Origin: Acidimicrobiia bacterium
GTDB lineage: Bacteria; Actinomycetota; Acidimicrobiia; IMCC26256; PALSA-610
Reading direction: 5' to 3'
Assembly: GCA_038238245.1 (NCBI GenBank)
Contig: JBBRXX010000003.1
Coordinates: forward strand, 21,486 to 85,485
DNA length: 64,000 nt
Shown here: positions 8,980 through 17,724 of the stretch, in pieces
Layout of the letters: every line of letters begins with the position of its first letter
Numbering within the stretch: position 1 is the first letter of the stretch
The notes under the pieces: model-generated
Told to the model about the DNA's origin: nothing
Seen by the model: the letters and a program-made list of their open reading frames with translations, nothing else
The model's database searches: none
Program-made: the position numbers and the translations under genes

Positions 8980-10179
8980 TCACTCCATCGGCACTCGGGG
9001 CACGATCTCGGCGCCGACCCGCTCGAAGATCTCGTCGAGGCTGTGACCGGTGATCGTGAGCCCGTGGTTGCGCAATCCGACTACGGCGCGGGAGGGATCG
9101 GGCGCGGATCGCACGAGGTCGGCGACCGACGCCGCGAGTTGCAACGTTCCGCACGGATAATTGACGTCGGTCGAGACCGTGCCGTCGATCCACCCGTGCA
9201 CATGGAGGATCGCACCCACGTCCGGGTGCTCCCGATAGATCATCCAATGCTCGATCGCGTCGACGGAGACGCGCCGGGTCTTCACCTCGGGGGGCACCGA
9301 GAGCACCATCGTGTCGCGGTCGGGGTCGTAGCCCCGGACGAGCAGGATGTGCTCGCCGATCAGCCTGAGGTCGCTCTTGTCGACGCCGCTCGCGCTCATC
9401 CAGTACACGGGGCCGTCGGGGTCGGGGACGCCGTGCAGGTCGTCGCGCTGATAGCGAACGCTGACGTTGCCGTAGGACAGGCCCCCGATTCCGTAGAGCA
9501 GTTGCACGTGACGGAGGTCGCGCGGACCGAGGATGTCCTCGATGGGGAACGGCGCGGGCAACAAGTCCAGCGATTCGAGCGCGCGTCCGGCACCGAGCAT
9601 CTGCGCGGTCTGCGCGTCACCGCCCCAGAGGTGCGCGGGCAGGTCGGTGACGAACTCGTTGGCGATGACCAGCTGCGACGACGCGAGCGGTTCCACACGC
9701 GTGAACACCCGCTCGAGCAGTTCCTCGTCCGCGAGACCCGGACCGACGCCGTACATCCCTTGCTCGAGGGTCACGAAGCGAACGGCCAACCCGTCCGGCG
9801 TGTCACTCACCATCACGCACAAGTTCGCGAGGCCGCGCACCAGCAACGGGTACCCGGCGCGCAAGATGTCGTCGGGAGGTTCGGGCAGCTCTGCGATCGC
9901 GACCACGAACGTGGGCGCGGCCTTGCGCCGGTAGGGACGCGCCGCGATGGCGTCCATGGAGTGGAGCACCACATTGGTGTCGGCATCGGGCGCGTCGAGC
10001 TGCGTGTAACCGGCCGTTTGCATGATCCGTGCGAGGCCGGAGACGAAGCGATCGAGGGTGGGACTCTCGTGGAGATCGTTGCGTGCGAACGTACGCGCTT
10101 CGGTCCCGATCCGCGACAGGATGGCGGCGGCAGCGAGGTCGGTCACCCATCCAGGGTGGCACTCGAGGGCGTGGGTCAC
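8980..10179 (-). CDS. Hypothetical protein with C-terminal class II aldolase/adducin-like domain
   Basis: C-terminal region AILHVHG...GLRNHGLTITGHSLDEIFERV resembles the class II aldolase/adducin fold; the N-terminal ~230 aa match nothing I recognise. Confidence 0.55.
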   Translation of the reverse strand: MTHALECHPGWVTDLAAAAILSRIGTEARTFARNDLHESPTLDRFVSGLARIMQTAGYTQLDAPDADTNVVLHSMDAIAARPYRRKAAPTFVVAIAELPEPPDDILRAGYPLLVRGLANLCVMVSDTPDGLAVRFVTLEQGMYGVGPGLADEELLERVFTRVEPLASSQLVIANEFVTDLPAHLWGGDAQTAQMLGAGRALESLDLLPAPFPIEDILGPRDLRHVQLLYGIGGLSYGNVSVRYQRDDLHGVPDPDGPVYWMSASGVDKSDLRLIGEHILLVRGYDPDRDTMVLSVPPEVKTRRVSVDAIEHWMIYREHPDVGAILHVHGWIDGTVSTDVNYPCGTLQLAASVADLVRSAPDPSRAVVGLRNHGLTITGHSLDEIFERVGAEIVPRVPME

Positions 10180-10205
10180 AAGCCGGGCGCCGGTAGCTTG
10201 CCATC

Positions 10206-11453
10206 GTGTCCGTGTCGTTCCGTTGCCGCGGCCATTCGGCCATCGCCGGCACGCACGGCAAGACGCTGGAGCTGACCCGGGATCCTCAAGTGACCCGGCG
10301 TGCCACGTGCGTGCTGGGTGTCGACAGCGACCATGACGATGCCGCGTTGCTCGCGTTGCGCGGCGCCGTGGAAGTCTCGCTCGCGTGTGGTTCGCTCACC
10401 GACACCTTCGAGGCGACGGTGACGCCCTTCTTTCTCGGTGATGACTCGTTGGTGTTCCGGCGCGGGCCCGCGCTCCGGGGCCGTACGTTCGCATACGACT
10501 CGACCAAGATCGCGGCCGACATCGACCGCGAGCTCGTGCACGCGCTCACGGACCCGAACGCGGTGCTCGACGTCACTGTGCGCGAGCTCGGCCGCGGCGA
10601 CCGCCGCGGCGTGTTGCTCATCGTCGCCGTGCCGATCGGCAACGACGACGATCTGTCGCCACGCGCGCGCCGGGTGCTCGAATCGGTGGACATCGTGCTC
10701 GCGGAGGACACGCGCCGGTTCCGCGATCTCGCACAGCGAGCCGGCCTGCACCTGCGGGGCTCGGTGGTCAGCTATCACGATCAAAACGAAGCCGCGCGCA
10801 GCGCGGACGCGCTCGAGCGTATGAACGACGGCGCGCGCATCGCGTTGGTCAGCGACGCGGGCACTCCGCTGTTCAGTGATCCCGGCTATGTCGTCGTGCG
10901 CGGCGCGCTCGATGCAGGGATCGACGTCACTCCCGTCCCGGGACCGTCGTCGCTACTCGCGGTCCTGAGCGCATCCGGACTCGCGATCGACCGGTTCACC
11001 TACGTCGGCTTCCTGCCCCGGCGCTCGGCGGCCCGCCAGGCGGAGTTGCGCCGGTTGACCGACCGGCGCGAGACGTTTGTGTTGCACGAGTCGCCGCACC
11101 GGGTCAGCGCGCTGTTCGCCGACCTCGCGATCGTGTGTCCGGACTGGCAGGTGTGCGCAGGACGCGAGGTCACGAAGGTGTTCGAGGAGTTCCGGCGCGG
11201 GACCGCGCGTGAGCTGGCCGGGGCCGTCGCCGACGAAGACCCGCGCGGTGAGTTCACCTTGGCCGTCGCGCCGCCCTCGGGCGCCGCGAGAGCCGTCGAC
11301 GCGGACTCCGACGCCCAGCTCGATCGGTTGGTGCGTGCCTTGCTCGCGCAGGGCGTGACCGCCAAGACGCTCGCTCACGCGCTGGGCGACCTCCCGGGTG
11401 TGAGTCGCAAGGAGGCGTACGCCCGCGTGCTGGCGATCGCGGACGAGCAATGA
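10206..11453 (+). CDS. rsmI: 16S rRNA (cytidine1402-2'-O)-methyltransferase RsmI with N-terminal DUF371-like extension (~120 aa)
   Basis: C-terminal tetrapyrrole-methylase-fold core LIVAVPIGNDDDLSPRARRVLESVDIVLAEDTRR...VSDAGTPLFSDPGY...FLPRR is RsmI-like. N-terminal FRCRGHSAIAGTHGKTLELTRD matches the DUF371 signature as I recall it. GTG start. Confidence 0.75.
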   Translation: MSVSFRCRGHSAIAGTHGKTLELTRDPQVTRRATCVLGVDSDHDDAALLALRGAVEVSLACGSLTDTFEATVTPFFLGDDSLVFRRGPALRGRTFAYDSTKIAADIDRELVHALTDPNAVLDVTVRELGRGDRRGVLLIVAVPIGNDDDLSPRARRVLESVDIVLAEDTRRFRDLAQRAGLHLRGSVVSYHDQNEAARSADALERMNDGARIALVSDAGTPLFSDPGYVVVRGALDAGIDVTPVPGPSSLLAVLSASGLAIDRFTYVGFLPRRSAARQAELRRLTDRRETFVLHESPHRVSALFADLAIVCPDWQVCAGREVTKVFEEFRRGTARELAGAVADEDPRGEFTLAVAPPSGAARAVDADSDAQLDRLVRALLAQGVTAKTLAHALGDLPGVSRKEAYARVLAIADEQ

Positions 11454-12115
11454 CGCTCACGCGTGTCGTCGGCAAGGGCCGGACCGCCGAGATGAAGCCG
11501 GACGAATTGTCCGCGCTGCGCGGCGCGGCGATGCGCACGATCGTCGATGCGGGCACGGGCGACGGGCGATACCCGTACGCGTTGGCATCGGCCCACTCCG
11601 ACTGGCTCGTCGTCGGTCTCGACGCGCTCGACGAACCGATGGGCGAGATGGCGCACAAGGCATTGCGCAAACCGGCCAAGGGCGGGCGCGCCAACGTCTT
11701 GTATCTGCGCGCTGCAGTCGAGGCGTTACCCGACGAGTTGCTCGGCATCGCCGACGAGGTGCATGTGCTCCTCCCGTGGGGCCGGCTCCTCGAGGGCATC
11801 GTGCTCGCGCGCGACGACGTGGTGCAGGGACTCGCGGCGCTGGGCCGTCCCGGTGCACACGTCGACATCACGTTGAACGGCGAGATCTGGGAGGAGTCGA
11901 CGCCGACCCGCTACGAGCATCTCCCGGTGCCGACGCCCGGGTATATCGCCGAGGTCGTCACCCCGGGGTTCGCGCGCGCGGGCATACACCTTGCACCGGC
12001 GCGCTATCTGCCGGCTGACGAAGCAAAGGCTGTGGCGACGACATGGGCGCGAAGGCTCGGGCACGGGCGCGCGCACCCACGTTTCGTCCAGTTCGAGGGA
12101 ACAAAGAAGGCGTGA
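11450..12115 (+). CDS. 16S rRNA (adenine1408-N1)-methyltransferase, NpmA/KamB family (aminoglycoside-resistance type)
   Basis: Colinear with recalled NpmA: IVDAGTGDGRY (SAM motif I), VGLDAL, KALRKPAKGGRANVLYLRAAVEALP, VHVLLPWGRLLEGI, and a C-terminal WARRLGHGR tail. ATG overlaps the rsmI stop (ATGA). Confidence 0.75.
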   Translation: MTLTRVVGKGRTAEMKPDELSALRGAAMRTIVDAGTGDGRYPYALASAHSDWLVVGLDALDEPMGEMAHKALRKPAKGGRANVLYLRAAVEALPDELLGIADEVHVLLPWGRLLEGIVLARDDVVQGLAALGRPGAHVDITLNGEIWEESTPTRYEHLPVPTPGYIAEVVTPGFARAGIHLAPARYLPADEAKAVATTWARRLGHGRAHPRFVQFEGTKKA

Positions 12116-13680
12116 CGCGCGTCGCATGGCGGCGCATCCAACGACGACGTAGCTTTCGCGCCGTGCGCAGCTGGCACAAGCACTGGACCGACATCGAGCT
12201 GTCGGTCCTCACGCGGTTCGGGCTGGCGAACCTCGTCGGCGCGTCGTTGTCGTTCTACGCAGGCTCACTTGTCGAAACGAGCCGGTCGGGACCGGGCCAC
12301 ACTCAACGCGACTTCGTCGTGTTCCTCGCGTACGTCGCGGTCATGTTCCCGATCGGTGGCGCCATCGCGCACCGCGACGTACACGGTGTGACCGCCTGGC
12401 GCTTCCGCGGCGCCGCGCTCGGTCCGCAGAAGCGGCGCACGTTGCTGCGTTTGCCGCTCCGCCAGGCCTGCTGGGGATTGCTGTTCTGGATCGGCGCGGC
12501 GGCGTTGTTCGGGTTGCTGCCCGTCGTGCTCGACGGCCAATCCTTCGTGTACAGCTTGCGCGTGGCGGGGTCGATCGTGCTCGGTGGCCTGACTACCGCG
12601 GGGGTCACGTTCTTGCTGCTCGAGCGCGCGATGCGCCCGGTATTCAGAGAGCTGTTCGCAACGGACGCGCCCGACGGTACGAGGACGCTGGGAATCCGCA
12701 CTCGGCTGCTCGTGTCGTGGGCTCTCGGCGCGGCGATCCCGCTGCTGATCATCGCGTTGAGCTACGTGGGCCGGCGCTCGGAGGACGCGCCGAACCATGT
12801 GGCGATCTGGGCGTTGGTGGGGATCGGCATCGCAGTGGGTGCAGTGGTCATCACCACCGCGGCCCGCTCGATCAGCGAGCCATTGGATGAGATTCGCACC
12901 GCCCTCGCGCGGGTGCAGTGCGACGAGCTCGATGTCGACGTCCCGGTCGACGACGGCGGCGAAGTCGGCCAACTCCAGGCCGGCTTCAACCGGATGGTCG
13001 CCGGTCTGCGCGACCGGCGTGCGCTGGAGGACCTGTTCGGCCGCCACGTCGGCACCGAGGTCGCCAGTCTGGCCCGCGAGCAGGGCGTGCATCTCGGTGG
13101 CGAGCGCCGCGAAGCGAGCGTCGTGTTCGTCGACCTCGTCGGTTCGAGCCGCCTCGCGCAATCACGACCGGCCGATGCCGTCGTCGGCCTGTTGAACACG
13201 TTCTTCGGGACAGTCGTCGAGCGCATCGAGCAGGAAGGTGGATGGGTCAACAAGTTCGAGGGCGACGCGGCGTTGTGCGTGTTCGGCGCACCCGCGGACC
13301 AGCCGGACCATGCCACTCGCGCGTTGCGTGCGGCACGCACCCTCCGGCGCGACCTTCTCGCCCTCTCGCTGACCCATCCCGAGCTCGTGGCCGGGATCGG
13401 CGTCTCCGCCGGCGACGTCGCCGCGGGCAACGTCGGCGCCGCGCAGCGCTACGAGTACACCCTGATCGGCGACCCCGTGAACGAAGCCTCACGCCTGACC
13501 GAAGCGGCAAAGGCGCGCCCCGGCGGTGTGCTCGCGAGCGAAGAGGCCGTTGCCCGCGCATCTTCGGAGGAGCGCAAGCGCTGGGTCGTCGCCGACGAGC
13601 TCGCGTTGCGCGGGCGCAGCCAGCCGACGCTGGCATACGAGCCCCGGATACAAAGCACCGTCACGACCACGGTGACGTGA
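12112..13680 (+). CDS. Membrane-anchored class III adenylate/guanylate cyclase with HAMP domain
   Basis: TM helices, then HAMP (EPLDEIRTALARVQ...GQLQAGFNRMVAGLRDRR), then the cyclase catalytic domain (VVFVDLVGSSRL...FEGDAALCVFGAP...YTLIGDPVNEASRL). GTG 12112 overlaps the upstream stop (GTGA); in-frame ATG 12043 would overlap the upstream gene by 73 nt. Confidence 0.8.
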   Translation: MTRVAWRRIQRRRSFRAVRSWHKHWTDIELSVLTRFGLANLVGASLSFYAGSLVETSRSGPGHTQRDFVVFLAYVAVMFPIGGAIAHRDVHGVTAWRFRGAALGPQKRRTLLRLPLRQACWGLLFWIGAAALFGLLPVVLDGQSFVYSLRVAGSIVLGGLTTAGVTFLLLERAMRPVFRELFATDAPDGTRTLGIRTRLLVSWALGAAIPLLIIALSYVGRRSEDAPNHVAIWALVGIGIAVGAVVITTAARSISEPLDEIRTALARVQCDELDVDVPVDDGGEVGQLQAGFNRMVAGLRDRRALEDLFGRHVGTEVASLAREQGVHLGGERREASVVFVDLVGSSRLAQSRPADAVVGLLNTFFGTVVERIEQEGGWVNKFEGDAALCVFGAPADQPDHATRALRAARTLRRDLLALSLTHPELVAGIGVSAGDVAAGNVGAAQRYEYTLIGDPVNEASRLTEAAKARPGGVLASEEAVARASSEERKRWVVADELALRGRSQPTLAYEPRIQSTVTTTVT

Positions 13681-13713
13681 TCTAGGGTCGCTCCCGCTTC
13701 GAGGGGGTGCGAC

Positions 13714-13869
13714 ATGGCGATTGCCGAAGAGGTTCGTGACGCGTTGTTCGAGCGCATCGCGTACCACGCGGTCAGTGCCGACGTCGACGAGGTGTTGACG
13801 CTCGCCAAGGCGTACAACTTCCTCATCGACGAGGACGACGACGACGAGGATGACGACGACGACGAATAG
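13714..13869 (+). CDS. Small acidic protein, 51 aa, with poly-Asp/Glu C-terminal tail (MAIAEEVRDALFERIAYHAVSADVDEVLTLAKAYNFLIDEDDDDEDDDDDE)
   Basis: ATG 13714 preceded by GAGGGGG; high GC3; stop TAG 13867-13869, 16 nt before the ABC-F start. Below the ORF-track size cutoff. Confidence 0.45.
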   Translation: MAIAEEVRDALFERIAYHAVSADVDEVLTLAKAYNFLIDEDDDDEDDDDDE

Positions 13870-13884
13870 TCGCCGGGACGCCGC

Positions 13885-15486
13885 ATGGCGATCCAGCTGA
13901 ATCAGGTCGGTTACGCATACCCCGGCGGCGACGCGCTCTTCGAGAACGTCTCCCTGCGGGTGGCGAGCGGCGATTGTGTCGGGCTGGTCGGACCGAACGG
14001 TGTCGGGAAGTCCACGATCTTGCGTCTCGTCGCCCGCGAGTTGGAGCCGACCTCGGGCACAGTGCACGTCGACGGAAACTTCGGCGTGCTGCCGCAGGAC
14101 CTCGGACGCGTCGAGGATCGCACGACGGTGCGTGACCTGCTCGTCGGGTTGTCGTCACCGCGCCTTCGGGAGATCGGCGAGGCACTCGCAGCCGCGGAAC
14201 GCAGGCACGAGCGGGAGGGTTCCGACGCGTCGGGCCTCGCGCTCGCGGAGGTGGTGGCGCGCTGGGCGGAGGCCGGGGGTTACCGGGAGGAGCAACACTG
14301 GACGAGCTGTACCGAGCGGGTTCTGCGCCAGCCGTTCGCCGTCGCGGAGTACCGGCTGCTCTCCGAGCTCTCCGGTGGGGAGCGCAAGCGGCTCGCGCTC
14401 GAGGTGCTGCTCGACTCCGACATCGACACGCTGCTGCTCGACGAGCCGGACAACTTCCTCGACCTCGCCGGCAAGGAATGGCTGGAAGATCGCCTTCGTA
14501 GCGCGCGCAAAACGATCCTGCTCGTGAGCCACGATCGCGCGCTGCTCTCGCGTGCACCGGGGAAGATCGTGACGATTGAGGCGCAGGGCGCGTGGACGCA
14601 CGGCGACAACTTCGCGACGTATCACGACGCGCGCGACGCGCGGAACGCGCGTCTGGGTGATGCGGTGAGCCGGTGGCAGCAGGAGGAGCGACGCCTCTTC
14701 CGGCACTACAAGCTGATGAAGCAGCGTGCCGCGCTGAACGATAGCAACCAGGGCCAGGCGAATGCGGCGGAGTCGCGGTGGCAGCGCTGGGTGCAGGCGG
14801 GACCGCCTCCGGAGCCGCCCAACACGCGCGGTGTGACGATGAGATTGCGCGGTGGCCGTTCGGGCAAGCGTGTGCTGGAGTGCACGCGGCTCGAGATCTC
14901 GGGCCTGACCGAGCCGTTCGACCTCGAGGTCTGGTTCGGGGAACGCATTGCGGTGCTCGGACCGAACGGCACCGGCAAGTCGCATTTCATGCGGCTGCTC
15001 GGCGGGGCGGCGATCGAGCACGCGGGTGCGTGGAAGCTCGGTGCCGAGGTACGTCCGGCGCTGTTCCATCAGACGAACGAGCCGGAAGGCTTCGCGGGCA
15101 GAACGCCGGTCGAGATCCTCGAGCGGTACGTGACGAAGCCGGCCGTGCTGGCCGGGCTCGCCCGGTATGGCATTCGTCAGTGCGCCGACTTGCCGTTCGA
15201 CATTCTTTCGGGCGGCCAGCGCGCGCGGGTGCAGATCCTCGCGCTCGAGCTCGAACGGGCGAACCTGCTGCTGCTCGACGAGCCGACCGACAATCTCGAC
15301 CTCGACTCTGCCGAAGCGCTGCAGGATGCGCTCGAGCAGTTCGAGGGCACGCTGCTCGCGGTCACCCACGACCGTTGGTTCATGAAGGGCTTCGATCGCT
15401 TCGTCGTGTTTCGATACGACTGCACGGTCACCGAAGCGGCGGATCTGGGCGGCGCGCTCGAGTTGATGGCGGCCGATAGGGCGTGA
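13885..15486 (+). CDS. ABC-F family ATPase (two tandem ABC domains, no TM domain)
   Basis: Two Walker A motifs (GLVGPNGVGKST, VLGPNGTGKSH), two LSGG signatures, and an inter-domain linker. Confidence 0.9.
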   Translation: MAIQLNQVGYAYPGGDALFENVSLRVASGDCVGLVGPNGVGKSTILRLVARELEPTSGTVHVDGNFGVLPQDLGRVEDRTTVRDLLVGLSSPRLREIGEALAAAERRHEREGSDASGLALAEVVARWAEAGGYREEQHWTSCTERVLRQPFAVAEYRLLSELSGGERKRLALEVLLDSDIDTLLLDEPDNFLDLAGKEWLEDRLRSARKTILLVSHDRALLSRAPGKIVTIEAQGAWTHGDNFATYHDARDARNARLGDAVSRWQQEERRLFRHYKLMKQRAALNDSNQGQANAAESRWQRWVQAGPPPEPPNTRGVTMRLRGGRSGKRVLECTRLEISGLTEPFDLEVWFGERIAVLGPNGTGKSHFMRLLGGAAIEHAGAWKLGAEVRPALFHQTNEPEGFAGRTPVEILERYVTKPAVLAGLARYGIRQCADLPFDILSGGQRARVQILALELERANLLLLDEPTDNLDLDSAEALQDALEQFEGTLLAVTHDRWFMKGFDRFVVFRYDCTVTEAADLGGALELMAADRA

Positions 15487-15525
15487 TCGTCGGCGACGCG
15501 AACGGGTGCGATCAGCGCTCGCCGG

Positions 15526-16110
15526 TCACGACTTCGCCGGCATGGTCTGCGCGCACACGATCTGGCGGAGCTCGTCAACGGCGCGGCGAAGCTCGTCGAC
15601 CTTGGCTTCGACCCGGGCGACGCCGCCCACCGACACCGAGGCCGGCACCGGATCGGTGTCGACGTGCAGCTTGAGCTGGTCGTAGCAACGTCGCAGCATG
15701 CGAGCCGTGTCGCGCTCCTCGGCGATGTAGCGACCGAGCAGCTCGCCGGTCTGGATGTCGATGGTGTGATCCTTGAAGATGCCGTCGAAGATGTCGGGCT
15801 GATCGCCAGTGTCGAGGCGGTGGAGCTTCAGCGCCTTCATCTTCTCGAGGTCCGACCGGTTCGACGTCACCACTTCCGTCGTCTTCTCCAGGCTCGCGTC
15901 CTCCTTGGCTCGGACCTGGTACCCGAGCTCGTTGATCCGCCGGGAGAAGCTCATCGCGTGCTCGCCTTCGCGTGCCGCCACGGTGCGCAACACGTTGCGG
16001 ACGTCGTCACTCGTGGTCACCTCGGCCCACGCGCAGAGATACGTGTGGGCGCGGGACTCGGCGAGCGCGATCGCGTTCAACAGACCGAGGTAGCGGGGCT
16101 TGTCCGACAT
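15526..16110 (-). CDS. Ferritin-like domain protein
   Basis: Start MSDKPRYLGLLNAIALAESRAHTYL with AAGGA SD; E..H-type motifs (AESRAH, AAREGEHAM). Upstream 38 codons of the track ORF rejected. Confidence 0.55.
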   Translation of the reverse strand: MSDKPRYLGLLNAIALAESRAHTYLCAWAEVTTSDDVRNVLRTVAAREGEHAMSFSRRINELGYQVRAKEDASLEKTTEVVTSNRSDLEKMKALKLHRLDTGDQPDIFDGIFKDHTIDIQTGELLGRYIAEERDTARMLRRCYDQLKLHVDTDPVPASVSVGGVARVEAKVDELRRAVDELRQIVCAQTMPAKS

Positions 16111-16229
16111 ATGGGGTCCTTTGGTCGAGGCGCAGTCCCATCCTCCTCCGCCCGCGTGCGGGCCGCAATCCGCACGCTTAGGCTGACGCCGCGCGTGCGT
16201 GACCAGCGCGCCGCGGGGAGGCAATCGAC

Positions 16230-17342
16230 ATGGTGCATGCCACCGAGCACGAGCCGGCGACGCAGCACGACGAGACCGGACAGACGATCGACGAGACGAC
16301 CCATTCGTGGGGACTCCCCGCGGCCGGTTCGACGATCTTCGACTTCGACTACACGAGCGGTCGCGACTCGTTGCTCCGGCTCTACGACAAGGGCACGCGC
16401 CGCCAATGGGTCGCGTCCGACCGGATCGATTGGGACGTCGACGTCAACTTCGAGAACCCCCTGGGCGTCGGCGATGAGAGCGTCATGCTCGCGGGGACGA
16501 CGTTCTGGGAGAAGATGAACGAGCGCGAGCGGGGCGAGGTCCGCCGCCACCAGGTCGCGTGGCAGTTCTCGCAGTTCCTGCACGGCGAGCAGGGCGCGCT
16601 GATGTGCGCGTCGAAGATCGTGAACACGGTGCCCACGATCGACGCGAAGTTCTACGCAGCCACGCAGGTGATCGACGAGGCTCGCCACGTCGAAGTGTTC
16701 GGCCGCTATCTGCACGAGAAGCTGGATCTGGCCTATCCGCTGAACAGCAACCTGCAGTCACTCCTCAACGATGCGCTCACCGACAGTCGTTGGGACATGA
16801 CCTATCTCGCGATGCAGGTGCTCATCGAGGGGCTCGCCCTCGCTGCTTTCAGCCTGATCCGCAACAACGCCACGGACCCGCTTGCGCGTTCCATTAACGC
16901 GTACGTCATGCAGGACGAGGCTCGTCACGTAATGTTTGGACGCCTCGCGTTGCGTGACTTCTATCCGCAGCTCACCCAGGCCGAGCGCGACGAACGCGAG
17001 GAGTTCTGCGTCGACGCCTGCTACCGCATGCGCGATCGGTTCCTCGGTGAAGAGGTCTGGGCGCGACTCGGCTTGCCCGTGGACGAGATCGTCGACATCG
17101 TGAAGCATGCCGAGCTCCAGATCATGTTCCGCGGCTTCCTGTTCACGCGCATCGTCCCGGTACTGCGTGACATCGGACTCTGGGGGCCACGTATCCGCGC
17201 CGCGTTCGAGGACATGGGCGTGCTCGGTTTCGCCGAGGCGGACATCGAACAATTGGTTTCCGAGGACGAAGCATTCGCCGATGACCTCGACCGCGGGCGA
17301 CTGCAGTCGGTGCACGCGGTGGCCGACACCGCGAACAGCTGA
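16230..17342 (+). CDS. Diiron-carboxylate ferritin-like oxygenase/oxidase family protein (AurF-like)
   Basis: Two E-x-x-H motifs (DEARHVEVFG, QDEARHVMFG) plus upstream carboxylates; GGGAGG SD 9 nt before ATG. Confidence 0.65.
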   Translation: MVHATEHEPATQHDETGQTIDETTHSWGLPAAGSTIFDFDYTSGRDSLLRLYDKGTRRQWVASDRIDWDVDVNFENPLGVGDESVMLAGTTFWEKMNERERGEVRRHQVAWQFSQFLHGEQGALMCASKIVNTVPTIDAKFYAATQVIDEARHVEVFGRYLHEKLDLAYPLNSNLQSLLNDALTDSRWDMTYLAMQVLIEGLALAAFSLIRNNATDPLARSINAYVMQDEARHVMFGRLALRDFYPQLTQAERDEREEFCVDACYRMRDRFLGEEVWARLGLPVDEIVDIVKHAELQIMFRGFLFTRIVPVLRDIGLWGPRIRAAFEDMGVLGFAEADIEQLVSEDEAFADDLDRGRLQSVHAVADTANS

Positions 17343-17376
17343 GTGTCGAGGCGTTGCCCTACACTGTCTCGGCCCA

Positions 17377-17449
17377 GCGCTCGTAGCTCAATGGATAGAG
17401 CATCTGACTACGGATCAGAAGGTTGGGGGTTCGAGTCCCTCCGAGCGCG
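17377..17449 (+). tRNA. tRNA-Arg (anticodon ACG)
   Basis: Manual cloverleaf: acceptor GCGCTCG/CGAGCGC, D-arm GCTC-AATGGATA-GAGC, anticodon stem TCTGA/TCAGA with loop CTACGGA, T-arm GGGGG-TTCGAGT-CCCTC. A20 identity element present. Confidence 0.85.
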
Positions 17450-17724
17450 CGACGCGTCCAGACTGGTTCGAGATCGTTGAGCGGCGTCTCCCGGGAGCGG
17501 TCGGTGTTCGGCTTCCCCGCTCCGGGCGACCCGTAGTGGGACGAGCAGACCTGGCCCGCGCCCGCCAGCGGGTGTCCTCTACCGCCGGGAGTGCGCGCCG
17601 TTTGACAGCGACCTCCAGGTGAACCGTCGGTCGTCGTCGTGCGATGAGTTTGGCTGCGCGCAACCGTCCAACTGGTCGTGAGTGTCCGCGAGGGGCGCCG
17701 GGGCTGCAGCAGGAGGAGCGCACC

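Noticed and set aside
9043-10275. ORF 9043..10275(+) antisense to the aldolase-like gene; ORFs 12265..13161(-) and 12762..13430(-) antisense to the adenylate cyclase; 13823..14557(-) and 14155..15369(-) antisense to ABC-F
   Set aside because: No motifs, Arg/His-rich, fully contained in confidently called genes.
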